From: a virus
Strand: one strand, 5' to 3'
IMG/VR virus record: IMGVR_UViG_3300030419_007002
Coordinates: 40,347-104,346 of that record
DNA: 64,000 nucleotides
In this document: in pieces, positions 1 through 9,858 of the stretch
Numbering within the stretch: the stretch's first letter is position 1
Layout of the letters: each line of letters begins with the position of its first letter
The notes under the pieces: model-generated
Told to the model about the DNA's origin: nothing
Seen by the model: only the letters and a program-made list of their open reading frames with translations
Database searches by the model: none
Made by a program: the position numbers and the translations under genes

Positions 1-2
1 AA

Positions 3-686
3 TGCGACGAACTAACAGACATGGCGAAATCGAAAGGCTTAACCATAATGATAGCGCATACATTTTTATTTACTGGCGCAGTAAGAAAACTTAAAGACCT
101 AGCAGACTCCAATCATTTAGGAAACTTAAAACATTTCGATTCCTGCAGGGTTAATCTAGGATTATTCCAAAGAGATTCTAATGTGGTTTGGGATTTAGCT
201 CCCCACGACTTTTCTATCCTGAGTTATATAATCGGGGATGAAAAACCGCTTTTTCTTTCTGCGGTCGGGTCCACGCATACGCCGAAGGGGAACGCTGACG
301 TAGCGAATATATCAATTCAATATGAAAATGGGTTTTCTGCGCATATCCACATAAGCTGGTTCTCTCCTATTAAGGTGCGTCAAATTTTGCTTAATGGAGA
401 TGAGCGGATGGCCGTATATGACGACAACAAACCCTCCGAAAAGATAATGGTTTACGATAAGGGGGTAAATTACGCAGATAGCGTTTTCGATTATCGAGTG
501 GGTGATATGTTCTCCCCAAAACTACCAAGCTCTGAGGCAATTGAGCAAGAGATAGAACACTTTTGTGAATGCATTCAGGGGGCAGAATGCATATCGGGCC
601 CAGACCTAGGGAGGAAAGTTGTTGGGTTAATAGAGGCAACCAATAAGTCAATAGGGCTGAAAGGAGAACCTTTCGATGTACAGTAG
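3..686 (+). CDS. Gfo/Idh/MocA-family oxidoreductase (WbpB/WlbA-like nucleotide-sugar dehydrogenase), 5'-truncated
   Basis: Frame is open from position 3. Motifs HTFLF..AVRKLK, NVVWDLAPHDFS and HISWFSPIKVR are typical of the Gfo/Idh/MocA C-terminal domain; next to acetyltransferase and aminotransferase genes. Confidence 0.8.
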   Translation, partial: CDELTDMAKSKGLTIMIAHTFLFTGAVRKLKDLADSNHLGNLKHFDSCRVNLGLFQRDSNVVWDLAPHDFSILSYIIGDEKPLFLSAVGSTHTPKGNADVANISIQYENGFSAHIHISWFSPIKVRQILLNGDERMAVYDDNKPSEKIMVYDKGVNYADSVFDYRVGDMFSPKLPSSEAIEQEIEHFCECIQGAECISGPDLGRKVVGLIEATNKSIGLKGEPFDVQ

Positions 687-1134
687 AGTCAAGGATTGCA
701 AGCTGGGCATGGGAGTATCCGTGCATAACTATGTAAATGTTTATGGTTGCGAAATCGGCGGGAACACTACTTTAGGATCATATGTAGAAGTGCAAAAGAA
801 CGCCAAGATAGGTAAAAATTGTAAAATTTCTAGTCATTCATTTGTGTGTGAGGGCGTGGAAATAGAAGATGAAGTTTTTGTAGGCCACGGAGTTATGTTT
901 ATTAACGATAAAAAACCAAAAGCCTGTAATGTCGACGGATCCAAGCAAAGGGATGGCGATTGGAAGCTAGAGAAAACCATCGTAAGGAAAGGAGCATCGA
1001 TAGGATCAAACGCAACTATTTTATGTGGCATAGAGATAGGCGAAAGCGCAGTGGTAGGCGCTGGGTCAGTAGTAACAAAAGACGTGCCCCCTAATTCTAT
1101 CGTTTATGGAAATCCAGCGAAAACTAAACAATGA
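676..1134 (+). CDS. Hexapeptide-repeat sugar N-acetyltransferase (WbpD/WlbB/FdtC-like)
   Basis: Left-handed beta-helix repeats (IGKNCKISSHSFVCEGV, GASIGSNATILCGIEIG, VGAGSVVTKDVP..VYGNPA). Confidence 0.9.
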   Translation: MYSRVKDCKLGMGVSVHNYVNVYGCEIGGNTTLGSYVEVQKNAKIGKNCKISSHSFVCEGVEIEDEVFVGHGVMFINDKKPKACNVDGSKQRDGDWKLEKTIVRKGASIGSNATILCGIEIGESAVVGAGSVVTKDVPPNSIVYGNPAKTKQ

Positions 1135-2420
1135 AAATACAATTCATAAATCATGCTAGCGTAATTTTTAAATGCGGCGAAACAAAAATTCTAACTGACC
1201 CTTGGTACTGTGGACACCCTTTTAATAACGGGTGGAGCCTGTTGGTAGAAAAAGATATAGATATCAATAAATTAGATTTTAATTATCTTTGGTATTCTCA
1301 CGAGCACCCAGATCATTTCAGCATAGCTGATATAAAAAAAATTAACGAAGATCGCAAAAAAGAAATAACCATCCTTTTCCAAAAAACTCCAGACCAAAAA
1401 GTTAAAGGCTTCTGTGAGAAGCTGGGGTTTAAAGTAAAAGAATTAGAGCCACTGAAGGAATACGAATTAGAAGGGGGTGTAAAAATAATCTGCGGCATAG
1501 AAGGCGGATTTGATTCTTGGATTTCAGTTAGTCACGAAGATAAAACAGCCCTAAATATTAATGATTGCAGGGTAGAAAACGAAGAAGAGCTAGATGAAGT
1601 TAAAAACCTTGTCGGAAAAATTGATGTTTTGTTAACGCAATTTAGTTGGGCTAATTGGGTAGGCAATAGCGGTGATGAAAAAGCTATTGAAACATCCAAG
1701 GGGATGGTATACCATAGGGTAGATAATCAAATTAAATTTTTAAAACCGAAATATATTATACCCTTTGCTAGCTTTACTTGGTTTTCTCATGAAGAAAACT
1801 ATTTTTGTAATCACAATGCAATAACGGTAGAAGAATTCGTGGAAAGATACCCCGACGAGAATATGATTACGATGTACCTCGAAGATGAATGGGAGGTCGG
1901 AGAAGACAGGGATTGCGCAGATTCCATATCTAAATGGATGAAAGCAATATCCCAGAACAGAACCCCCAAACACACGAGCTATACCGTACCAATAGAAGAC
2001 CTATTAGACTCATTTAAAGAAATGAAATCTAAATTGCAAAAAGACAATGACTGGCAATCTATAATTGAGCTACATGAATCAGGAAATCTAGAAGACTGCA
2101 TAGTTCACCTTACGGATACGGACCAAAATTTTATATTTAACATAGTTAAAGAAGCATTAACAGAAACCCAAGAACCTCACGACATAGAAATGGGAAGCGA
2201 ATCTTTTCATTACTTAATGAAGCATGCTTGGGGAAGGGGGACGTTAATGATCAACGGCAGGTTTCAAGCTAATTACGAAACCTTATATAGATTTTTAAGG
2301 CAAACCCACATATATTACGGCAACAATATAGGAAAAAGTTTCCCGAAAGACATAAGCCCAGAACAGATAATTAACCCTAAATGTTTTGTCTTCGAAACGA
2401 TAGGGGAAATGAATAATTGA
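1131..2420 (+). CDS. Metallo-beta-lactamase-fold protein (UlaG / CMP-Neu5Ac hydroxylase-like)
   Basis: NHAS, ILTDPW, SHEHPDH metal-binding motif, NDC, IIPFAS. Confidence 0.7.
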   Translation: MKIQFINHASVIFKCGETKILTDPWYCGHPFNNGWSLLVEKDIDINKLDFNYLWYSHEHPDHFSIADIKKINEDRKKEITILFQKTPDQKVKGFCEKLGFKVKELEPLKEYELEGGVKIICGIEGGFDSWISVSHEDKTALNINDCRVENEEELDEVKNLVGKIDVLLTQFSWANWVGNSGDEKAIETSKGMVYHRVDNQIKFLKPKYIIPFASFTWFSHEENYFCNHNAITVEEFVERYPDENMITMYLEDEWEVGEDRDCADSISKWMKAISQNRTPKHTSYTVPIEDLLDSFKEMKSKLQKDNDWQSIIELHESGNLEDCIVHLTDTDQNFIFNIVKEALTETQEPHDIEMGSESFHYLMKHAWGRGTLMINGRFQANYETLYRFLRQTHIYYGNNIGKSFPKDISPEQIINPKCFVFETIGEMNN

Positions 2421-2421
2421 A

Positions 2422-3519
2422 ATGAAAGTAAAATTCTTAGATTTATCAAAGCAAAATAAAGTTTTTAAAAGCGATTTCCTTAAGGAAGTTTCCGACATAG
2501 TGGATTCAGGGGCATACGTTTCCGGAAAAAGAGTTGAAAAGTTTGAGCAGGCGTTTGCTGAATATTGTGACTCGAAGTATTGCGTAGCTACTAGCAGTGG
2601 AACCTCAGCCTTACACGCGGCTCTTTCCTGCTTCGACCTAGAGGGGGACGTAGTAACTCCACCTAATAGCTTTATAGCCACAAGCGAGGCAGTTTCTTAC
2701 TGCGATAAATTAAAACATAAATTCGTAGATGTAGATAAAAGTGGGTGCATGGACCCCAAAAAAACTGAAAAACTAATAGGAGAGAAAGAAACTAAACTCA
2801 TTTTACCCGTAAGCCTTTACGGAAACCCATGCGATCTGATAGAGTACTCGAGGCTTTGTCAGCAACATAAAAAATTCTTAATACATGACGCTGCACAAGC
2901 TCATGGAGCAGAGGTGATGAATACGCCGATCTCTTGGTTTTCAATTGCTACGTGCTTCAGTTTTTATCCCGGTAAAAATTTAGGGACAGCAGGGGAAGGC
3001 GGCGCAGTTGTCACCAACTCTCGCCAAGCCTATGAATACATGAAGGCTTTCGTCAATCACGGACAAATTGAAAAATACAAACACGAAATAGTAGGTAACA
3101 ATTACAGGATGAGTGAAATAGAAGCGGCAGCTTTGAATATAAAACTAAACTACATAGACGAGTGGACAGATCAAAGGATTGAAGCAGCCGAAAGGTATAT
3201 CAATAACTTTTCCGGACACAAGAAAATAGGCCTAATCAAAACAAATCCACAGAACAAATGCGTATATCATTTATTTCCAGTTTTCGTTTCTAATAGAGAC
3301 AAAATTATCAAGAAGCTAAATGACAAAGGTGTCCAGACGGGAATACATTACCCTATACCCATCCACATGCAAGGAGCATACCAGAGCCTAGGTCACAAAA
3401 AAGGTGACTTCCCAGAATCAGAGAGGCAAGCTAGAAGAGAAATAAGCCTGCCTATTTACCCCGGAATAACCAACCAGCAGATAGATTACGTATCTGAATC
3501 CCTAATCGATTCATTATGA
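2422..3519 (+). CDS. DegT/DnrJ/EryC1/StrS PLP sugar aminotransferase
   Basis: SSGTSALH, DAAQAHGA, FSFYPGKNLG (PLP lysine), GNNYRMSEIEAA, ISLPIYP. Confidence 0.95.
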   Translation: MKVKFLDLSKQNKVFKSDFLKEVSDIVDSGAYVSGKRVEKFEQAFAEYCDSKYCVATSSGTSALHAALSCFDLEGDVVTPPNSFIATSEAVSYCDKLKHKFVDVDKSGCMDPKKTEKLIGEKETKLILPVSLYGNPCDLIEYSRLCQQHKKFLIHDAAQAHGAEVMNTPISWFSIATCFSFYPGKNLGTAGEGGAVVTNSRQAYEYMKAFVNHGQIEKYKHEIVGNNYRMSEIEAAALNIKLNYIDEWTDQRIEAAERYINNFSGHKKIGLIKTNPQNKCVYHLFPVFVSNRDKIIKKLNDKGVQTGIHYPIPIHMQGAYQSLGHKKGDFPESERQARREISLPIYPGITNQQIDYVSESLIDSL

Positions 3520-4418
3520 AGATAAAAACTTTCGGATATAAAAAAACCTCAGAGAACTACTTGCACTTACTTGAAGAAGAGTGGCTCAAAATGGGGCACG
3601 AAATTTTTTACGATGACGATACCTCTTCTGATTACGACTTCATTTTCAACATAGATAGATCTCAGTTAGACCTAGCTTATTCAGAGTCCATAAAACGGAA
3701 CAAGCCTCTACATTGTTTAATTTTAGATTTGTCTTATGGGTTTTTTAATGGGCAATTTAACATTTACGACCCCTCTCTCGTAGAAAAAGAAAGTCGAATA
3801 TATAAACACTGCGCTTCATTAATGGCGATCTCGAAGGAGACGGGGAGGGTACTAGAAAAGCTTACCGGACTTAGGGCTAACCACGTTGGAATACCCGCGC
3901 TTTCTTGTGATAAGTTTTATGAAGAAAGGGATAGGGGTGAATACATATATTTCTTTGGCAGACCCCTAGATCCAATTAAAAATATAACTACTGTTTTAAA
4001 AGCCATAAACGGCACAGGAGTTGAGCTTTACGTATCCGGAGAGCCATGCCCGCAAGAACTATTCACCTCTATCGCTCCAGACGTTAAAATAAAAAACTTT
4101 GGCTGGCTAGATAGGCAGGGGGTCAATGAACTAATAAAACAAGCCAGACTGCTGATAGCCCCAGAGCTCTATGGTGGACTAGGCATGCAGCCAATAGAGG
4201 GCGCACTAATGGGAACACCGTGCCTAAGCGCTGATATACCAATAAAAAGGGAGGTGTGGGGAGACACGCTACCCCTCTACGAACCCCAAGACCACGAAGA
4301 CTGTAGAGAAAAAATAATAAATTTTGATCAAGGATCTATCGATATGACAAAGGCAGCAGAGATAGCTGAATGGTACCTACCTAATAGAGTAGCAGAAAGG
4401 ATACTTAATAATATATGA
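3516..4418 (+). CDS. Glycosyltransferase, GT-B fold (GT4-like)
   Basis: FFGR...KN, GW(L), GGLGMQPIEGALMGTP..SADIP (EX7E-like region). Confidence 0.75.
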   Translation: MKIKTFGYKKTSENYLHLLEEEWLKMGHEIFYDDDTSSDYDFIFNIDRSQLDLAYSESIKRNKPLHCLILDLSYGFFNGQFNIYDPSLVEKESRIYKHCASLMAISKETGRVLEKLTGLRANHVGIPALSCDKFYEERDRGEYIYFFGRPLDPIKNITTVLKAINGTGVELYVSGEPCPQELFTSIAPDVKIKNFGWLDRQGVNELIKQARLLIAPELYGGLGMQPIEGALMGTPCLSADIPIKREVWGDTLPLYEPQDHEDCREKIINFDQGSIDMTKAAEIAEWYLPNRVAERILNNI

Positions 4419-5176
4419 AAATAGGCATTATATCCGCAGCGTATAATTGTGGTGAATACATTGATGAAGTTCTAGCTCCTTGGGTAGAGCTTAAAAAAGA
4501 GCACGATATATTTATTAGCATGATACATGTGTGCTTCAAAGAAAATCAAGAATTAGGCCTGTCGCCTAAATCAGAAGACAATACAGAAGAATTGTTGCAG
4601 CTTGCCCTAAGTGAATCAAAAATAGACTATTACGAATCTACGACAGAACCCCTTACAGAACCAGAGGCAAGGACTATATGCTTAAATAATGTTAAAAAAC
4701 ATGACATAGATTATCTTTGGCTCTTGGGCTTAGACGAAATATATACGACCGAAGAAATAAAAAAAATAATTAATTTTGTAGAATTTAATAAGTTCATATC
4801 TTGGTTTAGCATAAACTTTAAAAATTATTTATTCGAGAATAATACTTGGATAGATGGGTTCTCTCCCCCTAGAATCTTTAACGCAAGATGTAATGACGGT
4901 ATTAAGCAGCTTTATTACGATGACGATGTCGTTTATAATGATGGGGCAGACTATAAAGCGCTTTCTAATTTAGAGATACCCAGAGGGATAGCTCATGTCA
5001 AGCACATGACTTGGCTAAATAATGAAACCAGCAGGAGAAAATGTGAATACCAGAAATCTAGGTGGGGAGAAGATTTTTGTAGCTACCTTTGGGACTACGA
5101 CAAAAAAGAATTAAAATTCAATGAAAACTACTACAAGCTCCACAACAAACAAAAGCCAAAATTAAATTATGATTGA
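4415..5176 (+). CDS. Glycosyltransferase, GT-A fold (GT2-like)
   Basis: IISAAYNC, SEDNT, YLWLLGLDE (DxD-like), HVKH; sugar cluster context. Confidence 0.65.
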   Translation: MKIGIISAAYNCGEYIDEVLAPWVELKKEHDIFISMIHVCFKENQELGLSPKSEDNTEELLQLALSESKIDYYESTTEPLTEPEARTICLNNVKKHDIDYLWLLGLDEIYTTEEIKKIINFVEFNKFISWFSINFKNYLFENNTWIDGFSPPRIFNARCNDGIKQLYYDDDVVYNDGADYKALSNLEIPRGIAHVKHMTWLNNETSRRKCEYQKSRWGEDFCSYLWDYDKKELKFNENYYKLHNKQKPKLNYD

Positions 5177-6110
5177 TAAACCCAAGCTATGGTTATGCGG
5201 AATAACCCAAGACAGAGAAAAGGATGTGGAAGAAATGACTCGGCCAGAAGTCATGGAGCACTTTGATGGATTAGTTTTTACGGATGGTTATTCAAAAGAC
5301 GAAACTTATAGTATTCTTAACGAAAGAAAAAAAGAAGGAAAGATCGCTCGAAGAAAATGGACCAATGACCACGATTACCAAATGAACGAGTTCATGAGAT
5401 GCGGAGCAATGAGTAACGGAGATTGGTTTGTTTTATTAGATTCGCCAGATAGAGTAAACCTAGATTGGGCAGCTGGCCTAAGGGAAGAAATAGAAAAGCT
5501 AGAAGAAGAATCGGTAGGAGCCGTAAACATGGACAGCAAAATACATCTAGCAAAATATTTTGACCACATGTATTACGCCCCGAATCCTCACTGGGGCCTG
5601 CAAGGGGTCGTAAACAAAGTAGCATTTTACGACAAAGACCAGAAAGAGCAATGCATAGAAAGTAAAAGGTTTGATAATCCAGTAAAATCAGCTTTAGTTC
5701 ATCCCGTAAAATACTATTACGTATACGGAAGATCAAATCATTGCCAATTGCTTTACGGAAGATTTGGTGCAGAAGCAGTCAACTTCCACGAAGCTAATAG
5801 GTTAAGGTTCAGATTGCATTGCGAAAAAATCTTAGGGCTAGACATCTCCACGTTAGATTCTCTAGAAGAATTCTATAGGAAGGGAGATTTTAGCGACGAA
5901 TTCATAGATGCCGTGGAGCTAGAAGTAAACTTAAAAGATTACTTCAGATACAAAATACTAGAACAAGACTTCGTAGAAGAGATAGATAAAAATAGAATTA
6001 ATTGGAGTTTTAGACTATACTTAGATAGTGGAGACGCTAAACAAGAATCTACCGATTATAAGGGCCCGATAAATCAATACCTAGAACAGGTAGGACAACC
6101 AGAAGAATGA
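5169..6110 (+). CDS. Putative glycosyltransferase, GT-A-like
   Basis: VFTDGYSKDET and WFVLLDSPD resemble GT2 motifs; cluster context. Confidence 0.55.
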   Translation: MIDKPKLWLCGITQDREKDVEEMTRPEVMEHFDGLVFTDGYSKDETYSILNERKKEGKIARRKWTNDHDYQMNEFMRCGAMSNGDWFVLLDSPDRVNLDWAAGLREEIEKLEEESVGAVNMDSKIHLAKYFDHMYYAPNPHWGLQGVVNKVAFYDKDQKEQCIESKRFDNPVKSALVHPVKYYYVYGRSNHCQLLYGRFGAEAVNFHEANRLRFRLHCEKILGLDISTLDSLEEFYRKGDFSDEFIDAVELEVNLKDYFRYKILEQDFVEEIDKNRINWSFRLYLDSGDAKQESTDYKGPINQYLEQVGQPEE

Positions 6111-7171
6111 AAAAAGTATTAGTTACAGGAATCCTAGGGCAGGATGGCGCTAACATGGCGGAGTTTTTACTATTTGAAAACGAAGAGCCAGTCCAAGTCT
6201 ATGGAATGATGCGCAGAAGCTCTATACCTAATTTTACAAACACAGATAAATTTAGATATCATGAAAATTTTGAGTTTGTGCATGGTGATCTTTCTGATGA
6301 CGTCAGTCTCGATAACCTAGTAAAAAAAATTCAACCAGACTACTTCGTTAACTTCGCAGCAAACTCTTTTGTTGGTTGTTCTTGGGATATGCCAGAGCAA
6401 GTCATGGATGTTAACACCCTTGGCGTCCTTAGGTGCTTGGAGTCTATACGTAAGTTCAAGCCAGATTGTAAATTTTACAGCGCAGGAAGTAGCGAAGAAT
6501 GGGGGGACGTAGACTATTCACCCCAAGACATAAAGCACCCCATAAAACCCAGAAGCCCCTACGGAGCGTCAAAAGCAGCAGCTAGACATTTAGTAAAAGT
6601 TTACAGAGAATCGCACAATCTTTACGCAGTTCACGGAATACTCTTCAATCACGAAGGGACCAAGAGGGGGGAGGAGTTTGTTACTAGAAAAATAACGAAA
6701 GCAGTTGCAAAAATATATAACCAGAAACGGATTGGGCAAAAAATTACACCAGTTGAGCTTGGAAACCTAGACGCTAAACGCGACTGGAGCGATAGTAAGG
6801 ATTTTGTGAAAGGGGTATGGCTAATGCTTAACCAAGAATCCCCCAAAGACTATATATTGTCGAGCGGAGAAACGCACTCTATAAGGGAATTTGTAGAGCT
6901 AGCCTTCAAGGAGGCAGGAATAGAAGGTCAATGGAAAGGCGAGGGGGTGGAAGAAACTTACAATCTTAAAGATTCTGATCCTAGTCGATATTCTTCGGGA
7001 GAAACATTATTAAAAATAAATAAAAAATTTTACAGACCAGCAGAAGTAGACCTCTTATTAGGAGACTCCAGCCCCATAAGAGAAGAATTAGGCTGGAAAC
7101 CAGAAATTTCATTTGACAATCTAGTAGCAAGTATGGTACAATATGATATTGGATTGTTAGATGGCAAATAA
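6107..7171 (+). CDS. gmd: GDP-mannose 4,6-dehydratase
   Basis: TGILGQDG, AGSSE, PRSPYGASK, GILFNHE, FVTRKIT, LGNLDAKRDW, RPAEVDLLLGD. Confidence 0.95.
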   Translation: MKKVLVTGILGQDGANMAEFLLFENEEPVQVYGMMRRSSIPNFTNTDKFRYHENFEFVHGDLSDDVSLDNLVKKIQPDYFVNFAANSFVGCSWDMPEQVMDVNTLGVLRCLESIRKFKPDCKFYSAGSSEEWGDVDYSPQDIKHPIKPRSPYGASKAAARHLVKVYRESHNLYAVHGILFNHEGTKRGEEFVTRKITKAVAKIYNQKRIGQKITPVELGNLDAKRDWSDSKDFVKGVWLMLNQESPKDYILSSGETHSIREFVELAFKEAGIEGQWKGEGVEETYNLKDSDPSRYSSGETLLKINKKFYRPAEVDLLLGDSSPIREELGWKPEISFDNLVASMVQYDIGLLDGK

Positions 7172-7535
7172 GACGGATCATAATAAATGTAAAATGATTG
7201 TATCCAAGCTCGTCTCTCAGACGAGATGGGATGGCTCTAAAAATCCCATTAGTTGGCCTAAAGAAATCAAAATAGCCAAACAGTTAATTAAAAAGTTTCC
7301 ACAAGAAAAGTTTTGGAAAACTTTATTTATAGAAGAAAAACCCACTTCCTTGTCTTGGTTTTTGACCACGGAAGGTAACATAATTTTATGTCAGCACAAC
7401 CTGAAAACAAACAAAAAAGAAACCACGGGGCTAGCTAAAATAGCTGAAGTAAAAATGAACTCCACCAAGCTAGGTGAAGACAAAAACGTGTCGCTACCCC
7501 CGACAAACATTATGGAATTCATGAAGGATGACTAA
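7161..7535 (+). CDS. Hypothetical protein
   Basis: 124 aa ORF overlapping both neighbours. Confidence 0.6.
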   Translation: MANKTDHNKCKMIVSKLVSQTRWDGSKNPISWPKEIKIAKQLIKKFPQEKFWKTLFIEEKPTSLSWFLTTEGNIILCQHNLKTNKKETTGLAKIAEVKMNSTKLGEDKNVSLPPTNIMEFMKDD

Positions 7536-8616
7536 GAAAAAAACAGATAACGTTTCTCCCCTCCAACAGATACAAGCTTACTTGGAGCAAAACAAAGGAG
7601 ATCATTACAACTTTGAAGAAGAGAGGGTATATACCGTCTCTAGCGGCAGCTTATTATTAGATATAGAAATGGGTGGTGGAATAAAACCCGGAGTAGTAAG
7701 AGCCTCTGGAGTTACAGAGGGAGGCAAAACCTCTTGCGGCTTAGCTTTCGCCAAGAATTTCCAGAAGATGGATAACAGTATGGTTATCTATATCAAAGCA
7801 GAGGGTAGACTATCCGTAGACATGATAGAAAGAATGGGAATTGACACTAGCGAAGAAAAGTGGTTTGTTTTTAAATGTAATGTTTATGAAACTGTAATAG
7901 ATTTTATGAGGCAGATGGTGAAAGATAACCCATCAGATACTCGTTATATGTTCATCATAGACTCTATGGATGCTTTAGTCCCCAAGGGGGATCTCGAAAA
8001 AGGCGCAGACGAAGCACTCAAGGTCGGCGGCGGAGCTTTACTAAGCTCAGACTTCTTGCGCCGCATGGCGCTGGGGCTAGCGACAAGAGGTCATATATGC
8101 TACATGATTTCTCAAGTACGCAGCACAATAAAGATTAACCCATACGAAAAATCTGACCCGCAAGTCACAAACGCTTCGGGCGGAAATGCCGCGCTCCATT
8201 ATAGCGATTGGATTTTAGAATTTCAGCCCAGATATTTAAAAGACCTGATCACCACTCAGCCGAACGGCAAAGGTGATCATCTTGGACACTGGTGCAAGGT
8301 GGTTTTTAGAAAGACTCCTAACGAAAAAACTGGCGTGTCTGTTCGTTACCCTATCCGTTACGGCAGAAAGCACGGCAAGAGCATCTGGGTTGAAAAAGAG
8401 GTTGTCGACATGATGCTTATGTGGGGAATGGCCACAGCAAAAGGTGCTTGGGTTACAATTTCAGACGAAATAATAGAAGAAGTAAATAAAGAAACAGGGG
8501 TCGAGATTAAAAAGCAGCATCAAGGCATGGACAACTTTAGTAAATACTTCGAAGAAAACAAAGAAATAGGAAAATATTTATTTTATAAATTTAGAGAAAC
8601 GCTAAAAAAATCTTAA
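7528..8616 (+). CDS. RecA/UvsX-like recombinase
   Basis: SSGSLLLD, Walker A GVTEGGKTS, Walker B IIDSMDALVP, ISQVR, SGGNA; divergent, phage-type. Confidence 0.9.
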   Translation: MTKKKTDNVSPLQQIQAYLEQNKGDHYNFEEERVYTVSSGSLLLDIEMGGGIKPGVVRASGVTEGGKTSCGLAFAKNFQKMDNSMVIYIKAEGRLSVDMIERMGIDTSEEKWFVFKCNVYETVIDFMRQMVKDNPSDTRYMFIIDSMDALVPKGDLEKGADEALKVGGGALLSSDFLRRMALGLATRGHICYMISQVRSTIKINPYEKSDPQVTNASGGNAALHYSDWILEFQPRYLKDLITTQPNGKGDHLGHWCKVVFRKTPNEKTGVSVRYPIRYGRKHGKSIWVEKEVVDMMLMWGMATAKGAWVTISDEIIEEVNKETGVEIKKQHQGMDNFSKYFEENKEIGKYLFYKFRETLKKS

Positions 8617-8626
8617 GAAGAATTTT

Positions 8627-8703
8627 GCTCTCGTAGCTCAATTGGATAGAGCATCTGTCTTCTAAACAGAGGGTTCTGGGTTCAAGTCCCAGCGAGAGTA
8701 CCA
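8627..8703 (+). tRNA. tRNA-Arg(UCU) with encoded CCA
   Basis: Acceptor GCTCTCG/CGAGAGT, D arm GCTC..GAGC, anticodon arm TCTGT-CTTCTAA-ACAGA, T loop GGTTCAAGTCC, ends ACCA. Confidence 0.95.
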
Positions 8704-9827
8704 TGAATAAAAGCGATACAAAAAAACTTAAAAATTTTTATGAATCCTTAAAGAGGGAGAAAGAGAGCTTCATAGGCTACCCAGTAAACACCTCCTTTGA
8801 TTATTCCGAGCTCTTCGAGTTCCTGTCTATCCCGCTTAATAATGTGGGCGACCCATTCTCTTCGAGTTATTACGGCCTAGACTCGAGAGAATTTGAAAGG
8901 GAGGTTTTGAATTGGTTTGCAAAACTACATAACGCTCCCCTTGATAATTATTGGGGATACGTAACCAATGGCGGAACAGAAGGAAACCTTTATGGGCTTT
9001 ACCTAGCTAGAGAGTTGTACCCCAAAGGGGTTGTGTATTATTCCCAAGATACTCACTATAGCGTAAGTAAAAACATTCGAGTATTAAATATGGAAAATGT
9101 GATGATTAAGTCCCGTCGCAATGGGGAGATGGATTATCAAGACTTTAAAGACATGCTCTCTAGCTGGAGATCTGCACCGCCCATAATATTCGCTAACGTA
9201 GGGACGACGATGAGAGAAGCCTTTGATAGTGTATCTGAAATTAAAAAAGTCTTGAAAGAGTTAGCGATACCAGAATATTATATTCACGTAGACGCAGCGT
9301 TAGGTGGCATGACTCTTCCGTTTATTGAAGGCTCTCCCAAATTTGATTTTACAACAGGTGTTCAAAGCATGTCTATAAGTGGACATAAGTTTATAGGTTC
9401 CCCCATGCCCTGCGGCGTAGTACTAGCCCTTAAGAGCAACGTGGGCAGGGTATCCAGAGCCGTAGAGTATGTGGGTTCACTAGATAGCACCATTAGCGGG
9501 TCAAGAAATGGATTCACTCCGATACTCCTGTGGTACGCAATTAAAAGGTATGGATTTAATGGGTTCAAAAAAGTCGTAAGGCAATGCGTGAGAACCGCAG
9601 AGAAAGCCGTAAGGAAATTTAACGAAGCAGGTATAAAGGCTTGGAAAAATGATCACTCTATAACAGTTATTTTCCCTAGGCCAAGCTATAAAATAAGCAA
9701 GAAATGGAAGCTTGCCGTTCAAGATGACATCGCCCACATAATTTGTATGCCTCAGGTTGATGATAAAACCATAGACTCGATAATAAAGGATATCCTAGAA
9801 GATGAGCCAAAGAAAATATTTGGATGA
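8703..9827 (+). CDS. PLP-dependent group II decarboxylase, histidine decarboxylase (Morganella type) / serine decarboxylase family
   Basis: GYP, LNNVGDP, WGYVTNGGTEGN, THYSV, HVDAALGG, SGHKFIGSPMPCG, ISGSRNG; 374 aa. Confidence 0.9.
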   Translation: MNKSDTKKLKNFYESLKREKESFIGYPVNTSFDYSELFEFLSIPLNNVGDPFSSSYYGLDSREFEREVLNWFAKLHNAPLDNYWGYVTNGGTEGNLYGLYLARELYPKGVVYYSQDTHYSVSKNIRVLNMENVMIKSRRNGEMDYQDFKDMLSSWRSAPPIIFANVGTTMREAFDSVSEIKKVLKELAIPEYYIHVDAALGGMTLPFIEGSPKFDFTTGVQSMSISGHKFIGSPMPCGVVLALKSNVGRVSRAVEYVGSLDSTISGSRNGFTPILLWYAIKRYGFNGFKKVVRQCVRTAEKAVRKFNEAGIKAWKNDHSITVIFPRPSYKISKKWKLAVQDDIAHIICMPQVDDKTIDSIIKDILEDEPKKIFG

Positions 9828-9858
9828 CCCCAATTTCCACCGTATAATTAATAGCCTC

